Assembly (NCBI GenBank): GCA_965203875.1
Contig: OZ241914.1
Location: forward strand, 553,145 to 617,144
DNA: 64,000 bases
From: Bdellovibrionales bacterium
GTDB taxonomy: Bacteria > Bdellovibrionota > Bdellovibrionia > Bdellovibrionales > JAUICD01
Reading direction: 5' to 3'
A model generated the notes under the pieces. The model did not search any database. It saw only the letters and a program-made list of their open reading frames with translations, and had not been told where the DNA came from. This document shows positions 1-8,004 of the stretch, piece after piece (the stretch's first letter is position 1; each line of letters opens with the position of its first letter). Position numbers and translations under genes: made by a program.

Positions 1-75
1 GTGGAAAATACCAGATAAAATGTTAATCAACATCAAAGCAACTTATCAAGGTATATTCTGACGGATTGTCTAAAC
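1..75 (+). repeat. Partial, degenerate right (R) module of the hairpin-repeat family at the window edge
   Basis: ...gataaaatgtt...tcaaggtatattctgacggattgtct resembles the R-module variant ...gataaaatgtttaccagctctcaaggtatattccaacagactatct at 50860-50906. It is interrupted and truncated by the window start. Confidence 0.35.
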
Positions 76-344
76 TATAAACACATTCAGTTCACAGTCA
101 CGGTGTATGTCATAAGTTTTGATAAAAACTTTAGACTTTTAATAAATTTTCGACACCATACTTTGTAATCCTTATCAAAGTCGGCCAATTTTTGTTCATC
201 CATTCAACTAAAGTTTACACTTCAGTAAACTTACTTGCTTTGTATGTGTAATGGGTATACCAAGATTTCACGGTGATCACAATTTTCTATCTTGATGTAA
301 CATTGAATGGTATAAGGCATAGCTTCTAACAAAGGCACTATTGA

Positions 345-1232
345 TTGGAATATTTTAACAATACAAAATCTGTTCTCAGCAAGTTTACTAAAATGGTTTA
401 CGGTCGCTTTGGATTCTACGCCACCTTTCATGATATCAAGAAAGATTTGTTAATTGATGATGAGCTAGCTAAGGTTGTAGAAGAAAATAAGTATGCAAAA
501 GTTATAGTGTTTAGGAATCATGTTCTGATGCCAATAGAGCAATTTGGTGTGGTTCATGGGTACGTGAAGATTGAAAATGGCATTAAACTTAAGCAAAATC
601 AAATAACGCAGGTAAGTGATCTGTCTGATCTTTTGGTAAAAACTATGGTTGTGTCTGAAAAAAACAAGAGGATACAGCTTGTAATAGAGGATATAATTCA
701 AAACGGTTTAGAATATCAGATGCCCGATGCATTTTGTGATACCAAAAAGGTAGATCATCTAACAGTTTTAAAACCTAACCTGCCGACATTAATACTTGCT
801 ACAACCCATTCATCAGCTAAAGGCCTGGCGTTAACGTTACATAATGAATATAAAAATAGACACTTTATAACTGTAGATGAATCCAACATGCATTACTTTA
901 TAGATTCAGAATCTATAAATAATTTTAAAAGCTCCACTATATACATACCAGAACTTGCTGATCTTGAAAAACAACCCCAATTAGCTTTTGAAATATTACT
1001 TAAAACAAATCCTACAAAAGCTCCTAAGATTGTAGCGAGCACAATATTTAACCCAGTTAATCTGATTGAAAAACAAATAGTCAGAAAAGAGCTTTTATGT
1101 GCATTATCTAGTAACAGAATCTTAAATCCAGAAGATGAGTGTAAGTTAAAAACCAGGTCTGTATTTACCAAATACCTACTTGAAAGCACAACCAAAAATA
1201 CATCTAAAATTTCCTTGTGGCCAAGCATTTAA
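345..1232 (+). CDS. Hypothetical protein with a degenerate sigma-54-activator-like (NtrC-type AAA+) region
   Basis: 295-aa ORF. By eye, TLILATTHSSAKGLALTLHNEYKNRHFITVDESN / STIYIPELADLEKQPQLAFEILL / KIVASTIFNPVNLIEKQIVRKELLCAL parallel the vLIxGExGTGKExxAraIH..pFvxvnC / TLFLDEIxxLxxxxQxkLLrvL / RiIAaTnxdLxxxVxxGxFRxDLyyRL blocks of bacterial enhancer-binding proteins. The Walker A GxxGxGK and the GAFTGA loop are missing. Confidence 0.4.
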   Translation: MEYFNNTKSVLSKFTKMVYGRFGFYATFHDIKKDLLIDDELAKVVEENKYAKVIVFRNHVLMPIEQFGVVHGYVKIENGIKLKQNQITQVSDLSDLLVKTMVVSEKNKRIQLVIEDIIQNGLEYQMPDAFCDTKKVDHLTVLKPNLPTLILATTHSSAKGLALTLHNEYKNRHFITVDESNMHYFIDSESINNFKSSTIYIPELADLEKQPQLAFEILLKTNPTKAPKIVASTIFNPVNLIEKQIVRKELLCALSSNRILNPEDECKLKTRSVFTKYLLESTTKNTSKISLWPSI

Positions 1233-1256
1233 TGTACAATACTCCTTAGTTAGTAC

Positions 1257-2171
1257 ATGCTTAAGGATATAGAAATATTTTTAGGAACAGATAATTTTGC
1301 CTTAGCACCTCTTTTGGGTGACGCCTCTAGCAGAAATTATTCTAGAATATCCTCAGATAAAAATTTTGTTTTAATGCAAAGCACAGATACGGAAACAAAT
1401 AAAAATTTTGTTAATGTGCTAAATATATTACAAACAAACCTAGTAAATGTCCCAAAGTTATTTTTAGAACGTTCCACATTTTTTATCTTAGAAGACTTAG
1501 GAGATGTAACTCTAGAGAGTTTTTTTTTCAAACAAGAAAAAGAGCTTATAATAAATTTTTATAAAAAAGCAATAGATCAACTAATACAAATTCAAAAAAT
1601 AGAACCTAAGCTAAGTAAAAAATTTGATGCACAAAAATTGTTAGAAGAGCTTATTTTTTTTAAAAACCAGTTTTTTAAAGAGTCTGACAAAATTTGTAAA
1701 GATTTAGATAGAGAATTTTTAGATCTAAGCCAGAGGCTTGACTTGAAAAATCATAGTAGATGCTTTGTTCACAGAGATTTTCATTCCAGAAATATAATGG
1801 TGCATAAGGGTCAACTGTACATAATTGATTTTCAAGATGCAAGGATAGGTATTCCTCATTATGATTTAGTAAGCTTATTGCAAGACTCGTACACAAACAT
1901 AGACTTCGAAAATCATTTGCTGGATTATTATTTTGAAAACTATCCTTTCAAATTAGAAAAAGACAACTTTATAGAAAATTATAAGATTTGTAGTATTCAA
2001 AGAGGTTTGAAAGCTTGTGGTAGTTTTAAAAGTTTTGATAATTTAAAGAATAACAAGAGGTACTTAAAATATATTCCAATTTGTTTGGATAATGTTCTTA
2101 ATAGTTTAAACTATTTTAGTGAGTATAAAGTTTTATTTAAAATTATACAGGATTTAAGAGCTAGTTTATGA
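1257..2171 (+). CDS. amgK: Aminoglycoside-phosphotransferase-fold kinase, AmgK-like (N-acetylmuramate/N-acetylglucosamine anomeric kinase)
   Basis: FVHRDFHSRNIMV...YIIDFQDARIGIPHYDLVSLLQDSY matches the HRDxHxxN / IDFQDA / YDLxSLLxD signature of AmgK-type kinases. The ORF overlaps the downstream nucleotidyltransferase by 4 bp (amgK-murU pairing). Confidence 0.65.
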   Translation: MLKDIEIFLGTDNFALAPLLGDASSRNYSRISSDKNFVLMQSTDTETNKNFVNVLNILQTNLVNVPKLFLERSTFFILEDLGDVTLESFFFKQEKELIINFYKKAIDQLIQIQKIEPKLSKKFDAQKLLEELIFFKNQFFKESDKICKDLDREFLDLSQRLDLKNHSRCFVHRDFHSRNIMVHKGQLYIIDFQDARIGIPHYDLVSLLQDSYTNIDFENHLLDYYFENYPFKLEKDNFIENYKICSIQRGLKACGSFKSFDNLKNNKRYLKYIPICLDNVLNSLNYFSEYKVLFKIIQDLRASL

Positions 2172-2887
2172 AAGCATTGGTTTTGTCTTCAGGTTTGGGT
2201 TTAAGGTTAAGGCCTATTACGCTTAAAACACCTAAGCCCATCGTAAAGATTTTGAATCTTCCAATGATTTGCTTTAGTATATATCCTGCACTTAGGTATA
2301 CAGAAACTTTTATATTTAACCTAAGTTACCTATCTTCTAAGTTAAAAAATGCTATTTTGGATATACGTCTTGATCAAGAAAAACAATTTCTTTTCGAAGG
2401 GAGTAAGCCTCTAGGAGTTCCAAAAGGAATATTGAACGCTAGGTCTTTTTTAAAAAATGAAGATGATTTTTTTGTAATAAATGCTGATACTTTATTTTTA
2501 CCTGAACAGAGAAATTTTTTAGAGCTTTGTTTTAGTTTTCATAAAAGTCATAATTCTATTGCTACATTTGTGGTTACTAATTTTAAATCGAATCATGATA
2601 AGTTGTTAATGGATGAATCTGGAAAACTATTAAAAATTGAAAAAGGATCAGGATTTCATTTTACAGGATATTATATTTTAAATAAAAAAATTTTTAATTA
2701 TCTGTCGTTTGATCAGGATTTATTTAAATGTGTTCTTAAAGCTGGCGAGCACCACAGTATAAAGTGTTTTTTTTCAGAAGGCTTGTGGTTTGAAACTGGC
2801 AACGAAGATTCTTTAACAAAGGCTAAAAATTATTTAGCACAAAATTCTAACTCATACTTGGATGAGATACTAAAGTATTATAGCTAA
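2168..2887 (+). CDS. murU: Sugar-1-phosphate nucleotidyltransferase, MurU-like (MurNAc-alpha-1-P uridylyltransferase)
   Basis: The N-terminus MKALVLSSGLGLRLRPITLKTPKPIV is the G-x-G-x-R-x-x-P...PK nucleotidyltransferase motif. The gene appears translationally coupled to the amgK-like gene. Confidence 0.6.
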   Translation: MKALVLSSGLGLRLRPITLKTPKPIVKILNLPMICFSIYPALRYTETFIFNLSYLSSKLKNAILDIRLDQEKQFLFEGSKPLGVPKGILNARSFLKNEDDFFVINADTLFLPEQRNFLELCFSFHKSHNSIATFVVTNFKSNHDKLLMDESGKLLKIEKGSGFHFTGYYILNKKIFNYLSFDQDLFKCVLKAGEHHSIKCFFSEGLWFETGNEDSLTKAKNYLAQNSNSYLDEILKYYS

Positions 2888-2895
2888 CTAAGGTT

Positions 2896-3284
2896 AAGGG
2901 TTTTCAATTTTTGATAAACACACATAGCGAAACGGTCCGACCGAAGGTCAAAGTGAAGCTAGTGTGTGTTTATTAAAAATGTTTACCAACGTTCAAGGTA
3001 GACTATAAAAGAACTGCCATAAGGGTTTTCAATTTTTGATAAACACACATAGCGAAACGGTCCGACCGAAGGTCAAAGTGAAGCTAGTGTGTGTTTATTA
3101 AAAATGTTTACCAACGTTCAAGGTAGACTATAAAAGAACTGTCATAAGGGTTTTCAATTTTTGATAAACACACATAGCGAAACGGCCCGACCGAAGGTCA
3201 AAGTGAAGCTAGTGTGTGTTTATTAAAAATGTTTACCAACGTTCAAGGTAGACTATAAAAGAACTGCCATAAGGGTTTTCAATT
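2896..3284 (+). repeat. Tandem array of 3 near-identical 125-bp hairpin-repeat units plus a trailing partial L-module
   Basis: Units start at 2896, 3021 and 3146, and a partial unit at 3271 (aagggttttcaatt). Unit: aagggttttcaatttttgataaacacacatagcgaaacggtccgaccgaaggtcaaagtgaagctagtgtgtgtttattaaaaatgtttaccaacgttcaaggtagactataaaagaactgccat. Only two substitutions separate the copies (3142 and 3186). Internal inverted repeat: ataaacacacatagc / gctagtgtgtgtttat. Confidence 0.95.
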
Positions 3285-3326
3285 AAACTAGCAGCTGGAC
3301 AGGACCACAAGTTTTATGTAAGTTGG

Positions 3327-4169
3327 TTATTGCTCTGACAATAGCATTCCTTTTAGTTTTCGTTCGCTATATTGTCTTTTGACCATGTCGAATATACTAT
3401 CTCCTGATACACCTATTTTTTCATTGCCGTAGATAACACTTAAACCTTTAACATCTGTTTGTTGTTTGGCAACTTTTGCCGTAAAAAAATGAGAAAGGTC
3501 AGGCATTTTAATAGGTTCTATAGTATTATTTGTAAAGGTGTTCGTTTTTAATTTATTTTGTCCTATTGCAGCCATTTTCACTTGGTGTTGTTTGATGCTC
3601 TTTTGATATTGTTTTTTATACTCTAGCTTAACTCTATTTGAGCTTTCTTTCATTTGAGCTTGTAGTGTATCAAAATCTTTAGATGTAAATCCTGCTTGTA
3701 TAAATTTACTTCTGTCTTTAAGTGAATTTACGTTAAGCGACTTGCCTGGTGGGATTGTTATGGTTCCTGCTTTTTGATCAATTGCATACCCTGTATCTTC
3801 TAATTGATCAATAATACTTGAAAGCTGTTCTGAAAGCTTAGGATGTAATTGATTAGGGTTTGATGGTATGCGTGTGCCTGAAAATATTGCTGGCATTTGA
3901 TAGCCATTTGGCTTTATTCCATCTGCTGTTTTAAAAGAGCGTATTGCTTGAGCGGCACTTGAGTATGCCTGTGTGCCATGTGCAACCATTAGTACACAAC
4001 TTAGTTTATTGTAGCTCATACATTTTTTGCCCTGTTTGATTGCTTCTTTTGTGTTAGTGACAGATCCTGCAGCTCCTGCGGCTCCTGTTTTAATAGCAGA
4101 ATCAAACATGTCGCTTGAGTAGGTATGTGCAGAGTATAAGATTATGATTGAAAAAATTATTTTTCTCAA
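3327..4169 (-). CDS. Secreted hypothetical protein
   Basis: 280-aa ORF with an N-terminal signal-like segment MRKIIFSIIILYSAHTYS. It overlaps the upstream ORF by 4 bp (operon). I recognise no family. Confidence 0.5.
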   Translation of the reverse strand: MRKIIFSIIILYSAHTYSSDMFDSAIKTGAAGAAGSVTNTKEAIKQGKKCMSYNKLSCVLMVAHGTQAYSSAAQAIRSFKTADGIKPNGYQMPAIFSGTRIPSNPNQLHPKLSEQLSSIIDQLEDTGYAIDQKAGTITIPPGKSLNVNSLKDRSKFIQAGFTSKDFDTLQAQMKESSNRVKLEYKKQYQKSIKQHQVKMAAIGQNKLKTNTFTNNTIEPIKMPDLSHFFTAKVAKQQTDVKGLSVIYGNEKIGVSGDSIFDMVKRQYSERKLKGMLLSEQ

Positions 4170-5371
4170 GGTAGAAGGATACCTCTTTTTTCGTTCATTG
4201 TTCTTGTGATTTTTTGGAAATTACTTTCTCCGTTTGCGGTTGATATTTTTTTTGAGCTAGTTACTTTACCTACACTTGCAATGCTTCGCTTTTTAGCTTT
4301 TGATCCTCCCGGAAGAAACTTTTTTAAATCAAAAAAACTGGATGATGATCCGAGACTACCTGCTTTTGTAGAAGAGGGATTTCTTGCGGACGTACTGCTG
4401 GCGTCTTTATATCCTCCTCCACCGCTGCCTCCTCCAGAGCCGCCGCCTCCACTGGCTGACTGTACTCCTCCTACAATATCTGTGTCGTATTCTGGGTCGT
4501 CTGATTTGCTGCTTGAATTTGAACTTGAGCTTCCACTACCACTAAGGCCGCCTCCTCCTCCTAGTGCTCCACCTCCACCTCCTGGAGGAGTGAATGATCC
4601 TGAGCCTTGTTGAGAAGAAGCGGAATCAAATTGATTTTCATCTTCAAAAAATTGATTGTCTCTGTAGTTGTCGTCAAATCCGCCTAAGTTGGGGTTTGGT
4701 ATATCGCCCCCTGCATCGTTGCATTGGACTGAGTTTGGATCTCTTAGACAGATGCAGTCTTTTTTATAAAAGTGTTCCGGTCTGTGGCAATCTTCTGTGG
4801 TAAAGTTTCTCTTTAGCGTGTTGGCTGACGCACCTGCATCTATTTGTTTGCAAGAGTCGTTTAGTTGTTTAAAGTTTAGTGCATTTGCTGCCATTTGTAC
4901 TAGCAGTTTATTTCTTTCTTGTCCCAGGTCGTTGCATGCTCCTAGGTGCGGTACGTTAGCTGCTACTGTTTCGTCACAGATTTGTCTACAAGCTCTTATT
5001 ACTCTTTCGCATTGAACTCCTATTACTGCATTGACTGTACCTGATATTCCTGCACTTGATTTCATAAAGTTACAGGTTTTTTTCATATCACCGGTTCCAA
5101 ACACTCTGGACATACCTGACAGTAGGGTTACCGCAAGGCTTATATCTGATCCGTCCGCACACCATCTTTGTGCTCTTTGTCTGGCACATGCACAAGGGTC
5201 CCCAACACATCCGTCCTGTTTAGGTGATTCTGGTGGCACAAGCATAGATGTAGATGTAGGTATGGGTGTGGGTATAGATTCTGATAGTGAAATAGAGGGC
5301 AAAAATAAAATTATGGTTAAAATGGCAAACTTATTCATATCTAGAATCCTACTGGGCTTTTCGGTAGGCAT
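4166..5371 (-). CDS. Secreted Cys-rich protein with a long Gly/Ser low-complexity region
   Basis: 401-aa ORF. The likely start is the internal Met at 5338 (MNKFAILTIILFLPSISLS signal). It has many Cys residues in the N-terminal half and GGGGGALGGGGGLSGSGSSSS / GGGGSGGGSGGGG tracts in the C-terminal half. Confidence 0.5.
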   Translation of the reverse strand: MPTEKPSRILDMNKFAILTIILFLPSISLSESIPTPIPTSTSMLVPPESPKQDGCVGDPCACARQRAQRWCADGSDISLAVTLLSGMSRVFGTGDMKKTCNFMKSSAGISGTVNAVIGVQCERVIRACRQICDETVAANVPHLGACNDLGQERNKLLVQMAANALNFKQLNDSCKQIDAGASANTLKRNFTTEDCHRPEHFYKKDCICLRDPNSVQCNDAGGDIPNPNLGGFDDNYRDNQFFEDENQFDSASSQQGSGSFTPPGGGGGALGGGGGLSGSGSSSSNSSSKSDDPEYDTDIVGGVQSASGGGGSGGGSGGGGYKDASSTSARNPSSTKAGSLGSSSSFFDLKKFLPGGSKAKKRSIASVGKVTSSKKISTANGESNFQKITRTMNEKRGILLP

Positions 5372-5619
5372 TTGATAAAATTAAAGAGGCTCTCAGAATT
5401 TTTATAAAAGAGCTTATGAATAAATGCATTCAGCTACAAGCGGGTACAAACTACAATTTGACCATTTTAAGTCTAGAGGTTGTAGCTGGTGTAAAGTGCT
5501 AAAATATTTTGTTATTAGAAAATGCATCTAACCGCCGGGTTGGTACAAAAGATTAGTTGTGTGGTTAAACGGTCAGTTTGTTTAATTTTTTTTAAAAGTA
5601 TTACCGAAATTCATGTCAG

Positions 5620-7926
5620 GTGTTAGGATTAATTAAAGTTCTTAAAAATCTTCTTAAAGATGCTCTTAAAAAAACCATGAGAGTCTTTAGTGTTTTAGCG
5701 TCCACAACCTGTCTGTTAGTCTTGTTTTTCCAAACGTCTGCACATGCCCAACAAGTTGTAGGTACTTACACCGATCCAACCATCAATGATATAAGCCTTG
5801 CTAATAAAGCTGTATCTTCTTGCGGAATTTTAGAAGAAGTAATTACTAAAAATAAAGACACAGCAGATATTCTAGCTTCACAAGCTTTTATAGAACTACA
5901 AAAAATAAAAGATGGAAAACTTTTAATAGATAACAAAACTTGCCAAGAGAGTATTTTAGAATTTGTTAAAAGTTTATGTTCATCTGAATCGCCTACAAAC
6001 AAACTTTATTGTGAAAGATTAGGCATTCAAAAAAGCACCGATACTGAAACAGACGGCTATAAAACATTTGGTCAATCTGCTATTGACGAGCTGGGTATAG
6101 ATTTAGCGGATGACATAGATTTTGAGCTAAACCAAAGCCAGCAAGATCAAAGTAGAATAAAGTTTCTTGCATCAGGAGCATTGTTTTATTTAAGCCCTGT
6201 GAAAAAATTAAGGTTTATTCCTACAGCCACAAGAGCAGTAGCTGCTAGGGTAAAGCCTGTACTTAGCGGAGCTTTATTGGTGTTAGCTACATTGGGATTA
6301 TCTTCTTGTGGTGATGCAGGCGGCATAGCAGAACCACCAGTCATTGTGGATACTCCTTGTACAAGAGAAGAAGATGGATACTTTGAAGCAGGTAGTGAAT
6401 GTATAAAACTTCCCTATGTAAGCTATACTTTTATTACTGAAGATGGCACGGAGTTAGAAGAGAGTGATGGTAGCCCAACCGCTACTATTAAAATTGAATT
6501 TGATTCTAAAATGTTGTTTTTAGGCGATGATGGTAAGTTCTCCGAGCTAACAAAAGGTAATGTTGTAGACATGCTTATTGTTGCACCTATCAGTGGTGGT
6601 AGTGATTTAGCAAGATTAAACGGCCCTATTAGTGAGGATCAAATATCGATCGCAACTACAGCCCAAGAAAAAACAGTAATTATCATAGAGCCGCCCAATT
6701 CTAAAGTTTATCAAGCTGACAGCTATAGGGCGATAGTTACCAATTACGTAAAAGAGGAACATGCAGCAAAAATACATTCAAATAGACTTTTAGCGTACCT
6801 ACAAACAGCACAAAGTTCTGCAGAGTTTTCCATATCTATTAATGAAAGTTTATTGTGCGAAGTTGAGACTGAGACATCTCAAAGTGCAGCATCGCACAAT
6901 CATGAACATATAAATTCAAATGATAATCAAGATGATCATTCTTTTTGTGCGTCACATTTGCTTGATCTTCCACGTCCAAGTGCACAGCCTGGTATTATGA
7001 AACAAGTAGAATATGAAAGGGCTGATCCTAATACTACCTACGTGATTGATGTTGCGTTTATTCTGTCTAGAAGCTACCGCATAGGTACATGGCGATCTCG
7101 TCTTATAGAAGAGATTATTCCTGCTGTGAATGATATTTACCAAAACTCAGGGGTCAATGTTAGATTTAGAGTGGCAGCTGTTAAACCGTCTGCCGATTGT
7201 ACACACTATTCGCCTTGTCAGATGCAGATTGCAGATATTGATGACTTGCCTCCAGAGGCAACAGTTGAGGCTGTTCAGAGAATGACAAAAGGTATGCAAA
7301 GAGACTATGGAGCTGATTTGGTCTACGGGTTAAGTCACTATTCAGGCGGCGGTGGAGGTGGAGGAGTTTGCGGAGTAGCTTATACTAGAGTTAATGGCTT
7401 AACAAAAGATATGGCAAAGGAATATGCGGCTGGTAGTGTAGATTTTAATTGTCAGGGGTTGTTTACTGATAGATCAGAGTCGTTTAAAATTTATTACGTC
7501 ACACAAGTTCTTGCACATGAAATTGGTCATAATCTGGGGTTATTGCACGATAGAGCAAATGACTCTGGTGACAATCAACCATTTTATCCTGGAGGTTATG
7601 GATATAAAGGTGCTGCCTTGATCCAGACAGGTAATTCACCTCCTACTTACGACTATCGTGGAATAGGAACAATAATGTCATATTCACAAAATGACGAATA
7701 CGTTCCTTTCTTTAGTGCTAATAAAGCGGTGAATAGAGATCTGTTATGTGGTGACAGAGATAGATTTGATCATGTACTAGATAATGGATTTTGTCCTGTA
7801 TACCAGGATTATCTGCCAGAAGGAGAACTTATTAGCATAGGTTATGAAGGTGCTAATGCTTCAGAAGCTCTTCTGTACACAATAAAGGATGCTTCCCAGT
7901 TTGTTTGTGAACCTGGCTCCTGCTAA
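5620..7926 (+). CDS. Secreted zinc metalloprotease (metzincin, reprolysin-like HExxHxxGxxHD)
   Basis: VLAHEIGHNLGLLHD (nt 7507-7551) is the extended metzincin zinc-binding motif. Probable start at 5677 (MRVFSVLASTTCLLVLFFQTSAHA signal peptide). Confidence 0.75.
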   Translation: MLGLIKVLKNLLKDALKKTMRVFSVLASTTCLLVLFFQTSAHAQQVVGTYTDPTINDISLANKAVSSCGILEEVITKNKDTADILASQAFIELQKIKDGKLLIDNKTCQESILEFVKSLCSSESPTNKLYCERLGIQKSTDTETDGYKTFGQSAIDELGIDLADDIDFELNQSQQDQSRIKFLASGALFYLSPVKKLRFIPTATRAVAARVKPVLSGALLVLATLGLSSCGDAGGIAEPPVIVDTPCTREEDGYFEAGSECIKLPYVSYTFITEDGTELEESDGSPTATIKIEFDSKMLFLGDDGKFSELTKGNVVDMLIVAPISGGSDLARLNGPISEDQISIATTAQEKTVIIIEPPNSKVYQADSYRAIVTNYVKEEHAAKIHSNRLLAYLQTAQSSAEFSISINESLLCEVETETSQSAASHNHEHINSNDNQDDHSFCASHLLDLPRPSAQPGIMKQVEYERADPNTTYVIDVAFILSRSYRIGTWRSRLIEEIIPAVNDIYQNSGVNVRFRVAAVKPSADCTHYSPCQMQIADIDDLPPEATVEAVQRMTKGMQRDYGADLVYGLSHYSGGGGGGGVCGVAYTRVNGLTKDMAKEYAAGSVDFNCQGLFTDRSESFKIYYVTQVLAHEIGHNLGLLHDRANDSGDNQPFYPGGYGYKGAALIQTGNSPPTYDYRGIGTIMSYSQNDEYVPFFSANKAVNRDLLCGDRDRFDHVLDNGFCPVYQDYLPEGELISIGYEGANASEALLYTIKDASQFVCEPGSC

Positions 7927-8004
7927 AAACAAAAAACCTTAATATTCTCGTACGTTAATTTTTAATATAATCGCACGTAGTCCATACATTTTATGCCTGT
8001 TATT

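Noticed and set aside
2896-3284. The tandem 125-bp array might be a CRISPR array
   Set aside because: The whole 125-bp period repeats almost identically, so there are no unique spacers. Each unit is internally palindromic over ~70 nt, which is far longer than a CRISPR repeat. No cas genes are in the window.
4206-5375. Plus-strand ORFs 4206..4613 (Pro-rich), 4594..4803, 4797..5015 and 5031..5375
   Set aside because: They are antisense shadows of the 401-aa minus-strand gene. The poly-Pro translation is the complement of its Gly/Ser tracts, and they have no start context or signal of their own.
5372-5619. Sigma-54-type promoter candidates (ctggtgtaaagtgcta, ttggtacaaaagattag) in the divergent intergenic region
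   Set aside because: The GG-to-GC spacing is 10 rather than 12 nt in the first, and the -12 TTGC element is missing in the second.
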